Below are positions 1 to 15,000 of a stretch of 64,000 bases of DNA, piece by piece. Below the pieces are notes generated by a model. It searched no databases. It was given only the letters and a program-made list of their open reading frames with translations, and was not told the DNA's origin. The stretch is from Candidatus Parcubacteria bacterium. Its GTDB lineage: Bacteria; Patescibacteriota; Minisyncoccia; Phycocordibacterales; UBA918. How positions within the stretch are numbered: position 1 is the stretch's first letter; the number at the start of each line of letters is the position of its first letter. The position numbers and the translations under genes are program-made. Location of the stretch: positions 759 to 64,758 of the forward strand of contig JAACPT010000002.1 of the NCBI GenBank assembly GCA_009995385.1, in the 5' to 3' direction.

Positions 1-3000
1 GACCATTGTTAAAGGATATTGGACCAACGGTTGGATCAAATGCCAGCGTGAGTTCTGGAAGTTTTGCGTATGAATCTAATGTGGAGCCACCATCAGTAAC
101 TCGGAAACAGTACGCATCATTGACAGCATTAGTAGTCAGTTTAATTACATACTCAAGCTCAATGTATTTATTTTGATCAACATTAATTGCTGTTGATTGA
201 TTACTGGTATCAGCCACAATCTGACCTGGTACAAAGGCACCTGCAGCGGTGAGCAAATGATCAGTAGTCGGACTGCCAGTAGTGACATTTGCAGAGGTAG
301 TCATGCAGATTGCGGACGTACCACAACTAGCGAGGTTCGGTACTGCGGTAAATGAACCACTAGTAACTGCTTCACAACTTGGTGCAGCAAGTTTCGGCGC
401 AAACTCCAGGCGGAAATTTTGGTTAGTAATCGGCAATCCTGTATTTTCAATACCAATACGAAGTCGAGCGGTTTCATCAAAGAGGAAGCCACCGGTTGGC
501 GTATTTTGCGCAGCTGCCCAACTTGCGCCCCCTTGTAACTGTTCGGCACCGAGATACACCACTGGTTGCGTCGCGGTACGTGGCCACGAGATGTAGCTAT
601 CCCAGCCGCCATTTTGACCCCAGAAGGTAAAGCCAAACCCACCACTGGTGTATGTACTATCGGTCGCAGACGTCGTTGCTGCCAGAGATCCCGTAGCATC
701 AAAAACAGCCACATCAATACTGTTATTTGTCTGCCAATCTATCTCAATCTCGTACCATCCAGTTACAAGACTGATGCTAGAGGAAGCGAGTACTGTTCCT
801 GTAGAATCAGTATTTTGCACATTTTCAACTAATGAAACTCGGTCAGTTCCAAATTGCTCTAGACAGACACCGTAATTCTGATTTGCTGTTACTGGCGATT
901 GTACAGCAAACAATGTACAGACTTCATCGGCACTGCCAACGGTGGTATCTACATATTGCATATAGCGGATGATCTCACCTTGAGAAATCGTGAAATCAGT
1001 GCGTCCGATTCCATCAGTTGTTTTGTCATTTGGGTTTGGAGAGGCGTACAGACCGTAGCCACCACCATAGGCGAAGGTGCCAGTGGTGCCAAATTTTGCA
1101 GTATCACCCGAATACTCAGTGAGGTTGTTATCATCAAAATCATCATACGCATTGAACACATCACTGATCTCGCTCGTGGTCGTTGCCGTATTATTACCGT
1201 AGTACAAGTAGAGTTCAGTGACAGTATCAGCATTCATGGTTGGAACTTTTACCCAGAACTGTGCAGCAGTTGCCGTCGTGTATTGCTCGCGCCAATAGCT
1301 GAGTGTTGTCGTCCCACTAGCATCAGTGAAGCGAACGTCATCAAAATCAGTTTGCATATCAGTGTCATAGGCAACTTCAACTTTAACAGCGACATCAGTA
1401 TAAGTGGTAGCGTCTTCGTTGACTACTCGTACGCGCTTTCGAGCAGCCCAATTTGAATCAAACCAAGTTCCTGGTGCTGCACCTTCTCCACCGTCGTCAT
1501 TACGCCAACGATAGGTCGCTTGTTCGGTGAGGAGACACTGACTATCATCCCAACGAATCGAACTACAATCATCAGTGCCATCGACGTCGTATGATTCTCC
1601 CCACAAGTTGCCGCTAGCGCCTGTAATAAGCCAACTGTTAGTCGTAGTAGCATCAAGAGAGATGTTTGTTCCAGCTACAAAGCCACCAGTAGCAAATCGA
1701 GTATTAGTAACCACGAGAGAAGCATTAGTGTTTAGTGCTGTGGAGACTAGCGTAATAAGTGTTGCACTATCACTTGCTTGTTCAAAATCACCCAGGGAAA
1801 GAGAACCAATTGTAGCTGTACCAAGTATTTGTAACCCATCAGCGTCTAGGTTGCGGAAGCGATAGTATTCAGCGTCAAATATCCCCGCAGAAGCGGTAAA
1901 CGTATATATACCAGTACCTTGGTTTGACACAGTACTAGTACTGTTAGCCGATCCAAGCATATGGAGAGTACCACCATCGACTGTCACCGTCGATCCACCA
2001 GCAATTGCTACCGACGCCGCCCGTGGTGATCCACCAAGCGCTGCGCCATCAAAGTCTGTTGCGTAGCTCCAATGTTCCGTTGTAGTAGCAATGTGGTAAT
2101 CACCAAAGATATACAAGCTACCGTTCACCGCGTTATGATCTTGTGAATACAGAGAACCAGAAGACGCGACAATAGTTGTCGTGGCTGAAGAATTCCACAT
2201 ACTAATATCAGTGTTTGTGCCCACTTCCAGAATGTTATACCGTTCAGTTGCAACTGCTTTACCACTGACCTCGTACTCGGTACCACTACCTAGTACCACT
2301 TGTGTACCGTTCCAGTTTGTTGCCGTACCGCCTACGTTGTTTGTAAATACTCCACCGATATATAAGCGGGTACCGGAACTCATGGTGAATGAACTAGCCG
2401 CAGCAAGACTAAAATTATTGGTCGTGGTAGCGTTGTCGACAATCGTCCAACCACCATTCACACTACCAAAGACGACGTCATAAAGATCATTTGTACCAGT
2501 ATCAATAAATTCTCCTGTGTTAGCAGAATTAAAGAGGAGTGTACCGTTACTTGAAATAAAGGTACCACCAGATACATCAAATGATCCACCAACTGACACT
2601 GTACCAGTTCCTACCGTCAGTTGACCACTCTGAAGGAAGAGGTCACCAAGAAATGCTGCCCCTGCATCAGTCATCGTGTAGTCCCCAGTACCAGCAATAA
2701 TTTTAAGATTATTTAATGTATTACCTTTTAGGGTAAATAGGTTACCACCACCCGTACCAATGAGATTGACTGAACCTCCAGCGTGTACGACAGATCCCTG
2801 CACAATAAAGTTATCTCCTACAGTCAGTGTTCCCGTCGGTAGGGTCACCGTACCAGCACTAACGGTGAAGGAATTAGTCGTCGTCGCGTTAGTATCAGCA
2901 ATTATCCAGCTTCCACCAGTTCCATTAAAGCGTACCGTTGCAGTATCTGAACCATTGAAGCGAACAACGTTACCAACGTCAGTTGCGGTAAAGTACAACA

Positions 3001-6000
3001 ATCCACTATTGGCGACAAAGCTTCCGCCGGTAATATCGAATGTACCACCAATTGTTGTCGTCGCACTTGGTAGTGTGACCGAACCAGCTGACTGTATATA
3101 ATCTCCAACTACCAACAACGCCGGATCAGCCACTGTCCAACTTCCAGCACCAGTGAATGACAAGTTATAGAAACCTGCATTATTACTGTCTATAGTTCGT
3201 GCCGTACCTGTAGTAGTGAAAGTAACCGTCGATTGTGCTGGAGTAAATACCGCACCAGTACCAGTAAGAAGGCTGCCACCAATAGAATGTACTTGACCAT
3301 TAGCCGCCGTAAAGGTTGCGCCGGCTCGTAATTCAAGTGTTCCATCATAATCAGTTCCAGCACCTCCACCAGAAACAGTAACATTTCCACCAGGAGTAAA
3401 CTTCTTATTATTCCAGACAATAAGCTTTGTGTTTGCTGGAAGGACAAGAGTATTAGTACCAGCAGTCTCCGTATTGAAAAGGATATCTGCATCATTATCA
3501 CTATCCCAAGTACTCATGTCAGCAATGGTCATCGGGGCACTACTTTCATGGGTAAGGATGACTCGATTTTCATAGAGATCAAGACCACTAATTGAAGAGA
3601 CCGGGTCTTGGGTAACGGTCACTGCTTTTTCTGATTCACCTTTAATGTACACCGTAAGTGTGTTACCAACTCCGTACCCAACACCAACAAAACTGTAAGC
3701 GCCAGTACCGACAGCACACGTCGTAGAAGCAAACGTTAAACCTTGAATACTTAACCACACATTCTTGGTAGTACCATCACACGCCGCCGAAGCAGTAACC
3801 CCTTCATCGCTATACACTGCTCCTGAAATATTAATAATTGCGGCAGAATCTTCCCAAGTAAGGTAACCAGGATCGCCGGCGGGATCAACGTCCTTTGCCT
3901 CCCCACCGAGATTTCCCTGGACATTCACAAAGCGCCAGGCACTAGCACTCGTTCCCGTCGCCGTGACATTGTACGCATTGATGGCGGTAGTAGTAGCCAT
4001 TCGAATATCGGTAAAGTTGAGCGCCGGATTAGCGGTAATCACACTACCACCAACAGTCATCGTCGAGCCATCTGCGATAGCTACTTCGAGATCGCCATGG
4101 GAAAGGTTGAGAATATGTGGTGCCCCAGTGAATATAAGACCAGCACTGGTTGTATCGCGGACTACATAGTTACTCATTTCGACTTCTGTATCACCACCAA
4201 TAGTAAGTTCGTATGTTCCAGATGTTTGTGCCGCTATCGTCGTAGAAGCTGAACTGGTACCTATAATATAGAGGGAACCGCTTGGGTACTGAGCTGTCCC
4301 ACCTGCTTCAATGTAGACTGAAGCCTGTCGTGGTACACCAAGAGAAGCACCATCAAAATCTGTAGCGTAGCTCCAATAATCAGAGTACCCTTCATTGACA
4401 TAGTCACCAAAGATATAGAGCTCTCCCGTAACGTCACGATGATTCATTGAGTACAACGAACTCACTCCATTGGTAGTGACGACAGTGGTAGTTGAGTTCC
4501 AGAGACGTGGGTGAGTGCCGCTCGCGGTGACGATAGTGTCGTATGTGTCACTAGTTGTTTTAGTGTTCATCACGAATGCAGTTCCACTATAGAAACTAAG
4601 TGTAGTATCGGTCCAAGTGGTACTGTCATCAGTCATAGTATTACTAAAAGCACCACCTACCGCTAGCGTCAGTCCCGGATTAAGGGTGAACGAACCAGTC
4701 GTAATTGTTAGATTACCAGTGGACGTAGCATTTTCAGTCACCGTGTACGCTGCAGAACCGAGCACGTTGAGCACCGCGAATGGAGAATCGCCTGCTGTAA
4801 TTGTTGCAGATCCACCAACTTTTGAAAAAGTAACGGTACCGCCATTAGCGTTGAAAATACCATCATTTTCCCAGTTTCCATTAACTGTCAGTGTTTTATT
4901 ATTACTAGCTTCGAGTGTACCAAGAGAACCAATAAGTACATTATTCCCAACTGAAAAAGTAGGATCGTTTGTATTGGCATTTAGAGTAGAGGTACCTAAC
5001 ACACCAATAGTTAAGTTGTTGAGTATCTGCAGTCCCGTAGTCGGCGCCGTGGCAGTCACCGTACCACCACGATCAGTGTCAATCACAACATTGTAATATG
5101 GAGTTTGTTTGATATTTGGAGTTGTCCCACTGAAGCGGATAGTACTCATATCTTCAATGAACGTACCTGTCTCGACAAATACATTGCCATTTCCTTGTAA
5201 ATCCCACAACGAATTACCTGCGGCAAGGAAGTGTGCGGCAGCGATGGTGAGTGTGCCACGAACTGACGTCGTAGCAGTACTAGCCGGCGTCGTGATACCA
5301 GCCACCGCACCACTACCGAGAGTTAGGTTGTTAAACGTCCAAGGGCGCATGCCACCTAAAGTATTGGTCTTTTTGAGCAATGTCGTCCCACCAGTGAAAT
5401 CAACTGTTCCATTACCAGAGAATGAGCCATCATTGATAGTAACATTTGCTACCCCTGAAACAGTACCAGTGGCTACTAAAATACCCGTTTCAGAAATCAA
5501 TGGTGTTTGAATTGCCCAGTTACCACCAACACCAGTAAAGGAGACGTCATATAAAGTAATCGTTGAACTAGCGGCTGCACCAATTGATTGCCCTGGATTT
5601 GTGGCCGTAAAATCTACGGTACTAGCAGAACCAGAAAACGTCGCTCCCGTTTCTAGATAGAGTGAACCACCAATCGTGATGTCATCGGAACTATGCGCTT
5701 GCAATATACTTGACTGTTTGAGCAGCAACGAACCATCGGCGGGAGTACTACCAGCGCCGAGAAGCGCAACCGCACCACCGGTAGTAAATGTTTTATCGTT
5801 CCAGATGACTAATCCACTACCTGATTGTACAGAAAGTAAATCAGGTACTCCGGTTGCTGCTGTAAATGGTAGGTCACTGTCATTATCATGGTCAAATACC
5901 ACCATGTCAGCAATAGTGAGAGCATCCACATTCTCATGACGAACGATTACTCTGTTTTGGTAGAGATCCATGTCACTGATCGTGTCAGCTACAGACACCG

Positions 6001-9000
6001 CCGCTGGTCGAAGGGCAAACTGCCCGACGTTGACATCATCAACACTACCATTAGTCATAGTAGCATCGCTAGTTGCACCAGCAGAAACCATAGTACGTCC
6101 CGACACGGCTAGCAGTCGATTATTAATCATGACGTCTTGCGCCAACGTCAACCAAGGACTAGCTGGCATATCCATAGCATTATCATCAATCACATACCAT
6201 GAAGCTAATACATAGGCACCAGGTGTCACCGTGTTAATACTTGGAGCCGTTGGTGAAGAAACATTCTGGAGATTACTCCACACTGGTGTTACATCAAAGA
6301 CGTTTGTCGCATCAACCCCACTGAATGAGCCAATCCAGTAGGAGAACTCTTCGACTCCGTCGTCATTGCTAATGAAGCTGTACGATACTGGCTCACTGCC
6401 TGCATTAGTTACAACGTGATACCAGACACCGGTATACATCGCGTTTCCAACGCTTTGAATAAGGTCATCCCCTTGTGTCCAGCCACCTGGCGGCGTTACA
6501 ATGAAATCATCCTCCTTACCAAGGATTGCTACCAGCACATCACCATTTTCAACTGCCGGTCGATTGATATCAATTGCTGCAGCCGCCGCTACTGTGCCAT
6601 AGGCATTTTTTTGGTCACGCAGTGCAATGGTGTTGTACGGTGAACCGCTATTACCAATCGGTGTCTTGGTAACTGCGGCGGCAACCATTGAGCTCGAACC
6701 CGTCGGACCAGTGGACGGACGGAACGCAAATTGCCCAACGTGTGATTCGCGCGTAGCAATGACACCACTCAACGACACATCACCAGTCGCTCCAGCAGTC
6801 AGCATTGATCGCGAAGATACAGTAAGATTACCACTTTCAGGATTAACAATATTATTTGCTCGATCGAACCAGTTATACACTGGCGCAACCACCTGTGTAT
6901 CGAGGTAGGTATACCACGCTGATAGCACTAGCGCTCCATTGGTAACAGTGGTGATACTTGGTGCTGTTGGTTCAAACTGATTTTGTACCTTGGTCCACGT
7001 ACTGGCAACATCAATCGGTGTGACGGTGTCGACATTGATGAGTGCACCCATCCAAAAACTAAACCCTTCGCCGTTGTCAGCAGTAAAGTTGTACGTCGTC
7101 GGTTCCGTTCCAGCATCAGTGACCACACGATACCAAATGCCCGTATCAATCTGGTCACCAGTGGTATTTCCAAGGGTGTTTATTGCAGTCCACCCAACCG
7201 GAGCAGTAATCAGTGGATCATCATCCTTACCAGCAATAAGTACAAGAACTGAACCGTCGACCACACTTGGTCTATTGACTGTCATCACCACCCCAGCAAC
7301 AGTACCTGTACCAGTAATCTCATCGTATATCTGCACATTCGTTTGCGGTGTCGCCGCTTCACTGTTGAGGTAAGTAACAATCTGTGGTTCACCAGTGTAA
7401 GAAATACCACTGACAGAGAAACTACCATCAAGCGGATTACATGAAGCAGTATATGTTGTCATTCCATCAAGCACGACAGTTACGACTTCGGTAGAACCGT
7501 TACAAACAGGGTATGTCGCCGGAGTGACCCCGTCATCATTGTAGACTGTCCCTGAAATAGTGACGGAAAAATTACTGTCATCCCACTGGATTGATCCTGG
7601 ATTACCGTCATCATTATCATGTTCTTCTCCATAGAGATTTCCAGTACCGCCTGAGAAAAGCCAGAAAGTGGCGGGAACACCGTCAGTCGTAACATTGTAA
7701 GAGAAAGTTTCAGCCGAACTCGTCGCGTAGAATGAGGTGGCATCCGTGAAGTTACGATATTCAGCATCAATGCGATTAGCCGAAGGTGGCGTGACTGAGA
7801 AGCGAAGTTCATCAATATCCATGTCTCCGTACGTAGTGGTCTGATAGGCACCAATTCGCAAGCCAGTGTTAGTTGGATTTTGAGCACTAAGTAACTGAGT
7901 CACTGAGTCACGCAGTATATTGTCTTCATATATTTCACTAACCTCTCCAGCAGTGGCGCGTCCTATAGTAGTAAAGTGATGCCATGAAGCAGCATTTCTC
8001 GTGAAGGAGTAGTCGGTACCACTAGTCATACCAAAACGGAAGTACCCACGAGTCGTATTGTTATACCAGGGCATAAAGGAAAGGTACGTACCATTATCAC
8101 TGCCACTACCATCGCCAAATTGCCAAAGCGCACTGGTATCAAAGTTAGCCATGCGGTACAGACCTGAAGAGACAAGGTCATCACCAGGGGTCCAGGTCCA
8201 GGTAAGGTTTTCTAGTTTAACATTGTTAGCCGCGGTAGTATCAAGCGCAGTTCCGACTAATCCAGTCGTAGTAGCTGGAGTACCACTTGTTGGGAACAAA
8301 TTATGACCGTTCCCTGTCATGTCGGTGATACTAATAGTAGGATTTTCATTAAAGTGGTACACCGCTTCATAGTTCGCCCAGACTGCCTGTCTACCATACT
8401 GATTAGTAGCACCATACGCGGCAGCAGCTGGATTATTAAAATGAATATAAAAGACGGTATTAGCAGTATTACTAATGGCTGAAGCAAGAAAGTACAATTC
8501 TCCAGTTTTAGTAGTAGTATTAATCTCCACTAAATCTATTGGCAGTTCAACACCACCGTCAGTGGTGACACGGATATCTCGACCATCGCTTTGTACCCCA
8601 TTCCAAAACGCTGTACCAAGATGTGAAAGATTTACATACACTGGGTAATTTACGAGATCCTCATTTACCGCATCGGCATCAATCGTAAGCACTATCTGAT
8701 CACTCCACGCTGGTTCATAAATACCGTTTGCAGTAGTAGTCGCAAATACGATGTTCGTAAATTCTGACGATGGTTGAGTGTTAACTGTAGCAGCATCGAC
8801 AGTGATACCACTCCGACCTCCTGCAACACCAAATTCAACGGCAGTGAGTGTATTCACCGTCGTGCCATTAGTTAGGGACAATCCTTTTGGACCCATATCG
8901 GTAAAAGATGCGTACTCCGTATTGAGCGTTCCCGCGTTTACCGTAAGCGAATAAATACCAGAAATTGCTGCCACGGTAGTAGTTGCACCCGCAGCACCCT

Positions 9001-12000
9001 TTGCCACCAGCGTAGTGCTAGTTGCTAGATAGATACTTGCGCCTCGACCAATTTCAACACTTACTGTTCGTTCACCGCCACCGACTAAACTGGTACCGTC
9101 AAAGTCTGTATCGCGACTCCAGTATTCAGTACCACTAGTACGTTCGTAGGCACCATAAATCCTCAAGGTACCATTTACACCATTAAAGTCTGGCATATAG
9201 AGAGAAGAAGTGTCCCTAATAGTTGAAGTACTAACGCTCGAATTCCACATGACAAGGTCTGAATCATTAGATACCACCAGTGTCGCGTAATCGTCACCAA
9301 AGTCAAGACGGTTGGTGACCGTGTAATCGCCACCTGAAAGCACTAATATACTATCATCCCAAGTTGTTGCAGCTTCATTAAAACTATTCCTAAAGATTCC
9401 CGCTACCGTGAGCATTGTCCCCGGTGCTAGAGTAAAATCAGCACCCGTAATGAGGGTAGCGTCATTGAGAACAGTCGTCGTCGCTATAGTCCAGCCACCA
9501 CCGACACCATTGAAACTCAAGTTGTAAAAGGCACCATCTCCGAAAGCAACAGTTTCGCCAACATCAGTACTATTAAACGTGGTAGTGGCATTGTTTGGAT
9601 TATACGAACCATTGCTATTAAACGCTGAACCACCGATTGAGAAATTGCTACTTGGTGCCACCAGATTAGCGTAGTAAATCTTCACATCACCAGTAGCGAC
9701 AGTAGTAGCTTCGTCAAGTGTGTATGAAGGCACCACCTCTAGATATGATTGCGTCGAGGTGCTGTAAAAACTCTTGACGGCAGTGAGGTTACGATATTCG
9801 GTCGTTATCCATTGCTGACTGCGAGTAGTACTAGCAAAGCGCAGTTCGTCAATCTTGATGTTCATGTACGTTCCCGCAGTGTATCGACCGAGTTGCAAAC
9901 CAGTGTTGGTCGGATTTTGTGCCGGAACAGTCTGGAGTACTGAACCACGAAGGATACTATCTTCAAAAATTTGATTAGCTTGTCCAGCCGTCGCTCGACC
10001 GTTAGTAGTAAAGTGGTGCCAAATTGTCCCATTACGTGAAAAGGTGTACGTGTCAGCCGTGGTGACACCAAAACGGTGATATCCAGTGGTCCTTGTATAC
10101 CACGGCAGGAATGCCAAGCAGGTACCATTGTTCGCTCCACAGACGGTACCAAACTCCCAAAGTGCTCCATCATCAACTGCACTTTGGTAATAGAGACCAG
10201 ATGAAACAAGATCCTCACCTGCTGTCCAAGTCCAACCGGAATTACCAACCATGACGTTACCACCAGTGAGATCAAGAGCGTCACCAACTAGACCGACGGT
10301 GCTGACTGGCGTACCAACGAGTGGCGATAGATTCCTTCCATTACCAGACATATCAGGTACACCAGTAGTTGGGTCTCCGTTAAAGTGATACACCGCCTCA
10401 TACTCAGTCCAAACTGCGTTGGCGCCATACACGCTATCAGTGGCAGGCGCCTCGGCGGCCGCATTATCAAAATACACATAGAAGGTAGTGTCGACTACTG
10501 GTGACAGTGATGGTGCTAAGAAATGAAGCTCTCCCGTTTTGAGACCAACACTAATATCTACTAGGTCGATTGGTAGTTCTGTCTTACCATCGCTACTGGT
10601 CATGCGAATGTCTCGACCATCCACCGCAACCTTCGCCCAGAAACTATTACCCATAGTGCTGAGGTCAAGATAAACAGGAAAATCGGTAACCATTCCCGCA
10701 ACTGAAGTAGAAGCTACTTTGATCACCATTCGTTCTCCCCAAGCCGAGTTGTACCAGCCAAACGCTGGGTCATCATTTCCAAAAATAACGGTATTGAATG
10801 ATGAACCCTTCGTAGAGATACTTTCACTCTCTACTGAAGTGAAATGAATAGTCCCCGCATTGGCATTGAATCCTCCAGCGTTTACATCCAAGAAACCACC
10901 GACCGCTAGCACTCCAGTTGGGAAGACCACCGTACCGTTATTAATAGTGATGTTATTACTGGTAGTTGCGTTGCTATCAGCAAATGTCCATGAGCCACTA
11001 CCATTAAAGACTACGTTATATAACCCGTTGTAAAATTCCGTACCATGTAATTCGATAGTTTCTGCAGCAGTACTGTTAAAAGTAACTTGCCCATTATTGT
11101 GCATGAAGTATCCATTGTTTGTGAGCGAACCACCGATGGTAAGCACTCCAGTTGGAAACGCTACGGTGCCCGTCGCGATGGTGAGATCATTAGTAATTGT
11201 CACTGATGGTTCAGTGAAAGCAGGTGAAGTAGTCGCATCATTAAATATCAGGTTGTAGAACGGTGAACCACCAGCATCAATCCTATGTGAGGCTTCATCA
11301 ATTACTACATCTGGTGTGTATGATTGCACCGAACTTGTTGCATAAAATACCGTCGGTGTTTTTTGGTTGCTATATTCTGCCTCTACCCAATCACTGGTGC
11401 GGAGCACCGTACTAATACGCAATTCGTCAATTTGTGCTTGAAGAGAACCACCAGTGCCTTCTCGACCGACTTGGAGACCAGTCGCTCCGTTGTTGTACGG
11501 GTTTGCCACAGTCTGAGTAACACGTTCAACTTCAATCGAGTTTTGGTACACCAGATTGTCCTGACCAGTGGTGGTAGCACCAATGGTAGTGAAATGGAGC
11601 CAATTAGTAGTATCTCGAGGTGACTGTGCATACGTAGCATTAGCCGTTACTCCAAAGTAATGGAGTCCGTTGGTCGTCTGATACCACGGTCGGAACTCAA
11701 TACTATTCGGCGACGCAGCAGTTCCCCATTGCCACAGTGATTCATTACTAGCGGCTGGCATCTTGTACCAACCAGACGTGACTAGTGGATTACCAGCCGT
11801 CCAAGTAAAGCCAGCGTTACGCAAGATACCAGTTGAACCAATCAGGTTAATGCTTTGCCCTAATTGACCAGTAGAAGTTGCCAGGCCAGCCACTTCTACC
11901 AGTAGGTGGTTACCATTAGTGGTGGCATCATACACATAACTATCGACCGCGGTCGGATCGTCAACGAAGTGGTACACCGCTTCGTATTGGGACCATACTG

Positions 12001-15000
12001 CCTGACTACCATACGTATCGGTAGGATAGTATGCAGTAGCAGTAGCATTATTAAAATAGATAAAGAAGTAGGTGCTAGTCGCACTATCAACGCTATTAGT
12101 CAAGAAGTGTAACTCTCCTGTCTTGGTGACAGCATCAATGGCAACTAGATCATACGGCAGTTCAGTCTGACCATCTCCACTAGTGATGCGAATATCTCGA
12201 CCATCACTATGAACACTGTTCCAGAAATCATTACCAAGTGTAGAGAGGTCAATATAGACCGGGAAGTTGGTAAGCACACCAGGAATCTCAACTGGATTAG
12301 TTTCAATCATCAAACGACTGGTGAAATTACTATCTGCATACCAATCTTGTGAACCAGGCACAGTTGGTGGATACGTCCGATCATCATGTATCAGTTCTAC
12401 AGTGCCAGACTGTGCGCTAAAGATGCCATTATTTTCCCAATCCCCTGCTACATATATAGTTTTTCCAGAGGTTCCATTCAAACGATCATTAGTACCAATC
12501 CGAATATCATACGCACCGACATTAGTGAGAGCAGTCACGTTCGTGGAAGCACCATCAATTAGTACATCACCGACTTTCTGAGTGATTAAATTATCATCTC
12601 GCCAAGTCTTCGCGCCGGCACCATCAAAAGAGGTAGTTCCTAATCCTAGCCAAAAACCTCCCGTACCAGTAGTGAGATTCCCCGCTAAAGAAATTGCGAG
12701 CCCACTACGATCAAGTGTACCGCTAGCTACCGTAAGACTACCAGAAAGATCGAGACCCGCAGAAAGCGTAAAGACAGCATCACCTGCCCCACTACCAAAA
12801 CTAAGTGTGTGAAATACTAGTGGGCTTTCTGTGCTTGAAATTGACTCCGTGCCTGTGGCAGCTGTGAAGTTGATGGTGGCAGTATCGATAGATGATGTCG
12901 CATTGTTCTTCCATGAGCCGGTGACGATGACAGTGTTTGAATCAAGTTCAATCGTCCCGTCATTGATTACGTCGTGAGTAGTAACACTGGTACCACCCGC
13001 CGCTGCCGGTATGTATGTATTTCCAGGACCAATATAGATACTCGCATCACTACAAGCACCAACACTACAGACCACCAAATTATTAAAGGTATCAACATTA
13101 TAGAAAATATCTTCATCACCAGAAGTGAGATTGTCATATAAACCAAGTGACGCGTTGGTGACAGTCTCTTCTTCATCAGCAGAGATTGAGAGATGTTGCT
13201 CGAATAGTTCAACTCCAGTAATGTCTCCTGTTCCGTCATAGACAAAAACTCCTACTGCTTCTTCAGACTCTGTCGCTCCATCGACCCAGACAGTTACCGT
13301 GTCACCAGAAAAAGCGGTGATGTTACTCAGCGTCCACGAACCAGCAGCTACGGTCGCTGATCCTCCTACTGGAGTACCATTTACCGCTGCTCTAATAGTA
13401 CCAGTAGCAACAGCAGTGAGACGATCATATTCCTTGAGCGTTCCTGACATATTAACTCCCTCACTCCACTCCAACTGCCAATCATTGATCTGCGGACAAT
13501 TCCCCCCCGAACAAGTCAGTGTTGCAACTGGACGAATGACTGGGTAGATATTTATATCGACACTTGTAAGGTCAATTGGACCAACAGAGGTACCAATACT
13601 ATTGCCTGGAATAATACTATTTGGAATGAGTGCATATATCCCAGGAGATACTTCGTACTCCATCTGGTAATAGACATCACTCACTCCTGGAGTACTGTCA
13701 TTCCAAGAAAAATTATCATATTTTGGACCAGCGCCATCGGTGAAAATAATATTTTCACCCGCAACAGTCCCCGAGAGTCCGCTGGCAGCATATCGTTTCA
13801 AAACACCCGAGGTGTTTTCAAAAGCAAAAGCAAGTATTCGCTCAATTGTGTGCGCACGATCAGCAGGAACGTCTTCGTCAATAAATGGATAGTAGTTATT
13901 AGTAGTCGGAATGGTTGCCGCATACAGACCGGCAAAACCGCCTTGTCCTCCTCTTTCTGAACCCTGTTGCACCAAGACTACTTCTGGCGCGCTAGAGAAA
14001 GGACTGAAAAAAGCCTCAGCAGTAGCTGGAGCTTCATCGTGCACAATCGCTGACACGTCAGCATCAAACTCACTGCCGTTGTTAGTACCATGCCCAGGTG
14101 CCATTACTATATAATCAACATCTTCAGGATCATGGATTGCCGTCTGCATACCACGTGCCAGATAGATACCCATACCACTGGCAGTTGGTTCATTGTTTCG
14201 TATATTTCCGTCGTTAAGACCGACTACCGCCCAGGTACTATCGTTATCGGATGAGATAGTTGCGACTACCGCTGGTGCAGCAGCAAAAGCGGGTGAAAAA
14301 GTAACATCTTCTCCATAACCACTGGCTGGATACGGATTTGCTACCACATCACTTACATTTGAAAAAGTGTTAGCAACAATTCGTTTGCCGGTACTACCAT
14401 CCTCGAGCACCCAATCACCACGTTCCACCACTAAGTAGTCAACCACCGTACTGCCCGTCGCGAGCCCTGCCGAATTGGTTACCAAAAGTTCAAAGGAAGT
14501 CGCTGTTTTATTACGAACTCGAGCGGAACGCGAAATGTCTCCAAGCGGGGTGTACCGTACTGAAGCGACAACGACAGGATTATTGTAAATTGACTGCAAG
14601 TCTATAGTGGTCCAAGTACCGTTTGTTACAGTTGTTTTACCGAATTCGCCGACTTTATCATTAACCACCACGGCATCAGCGGTTGTTGCAATCGTTCCAT
14701 TTAGCGTACCCTCTTCGAATTGCTCTTTCGTAGTCTGGAACCAGGTTGATACCGTAAGTCCCGTATCGACAGTGAAGGAATCTGGATTAGACCACGGTGA
14801 CCAACTATCGTCGCCGTTTGGATCTTTTGCGCGCACGCGCCACCAGTAGGTTTCGGTATTAATAAATGGGCTGCCCACCTGCGTAGTATAGGTGACCGTT
14901 GCACCAGAGGTAAACGGAGAGGCGTCACCTCCATTACCTGAATTAGCAAATCCTGCACTGGAGCTAGAATTATAAGTACTTGAACCAGTCAAAAATGTTT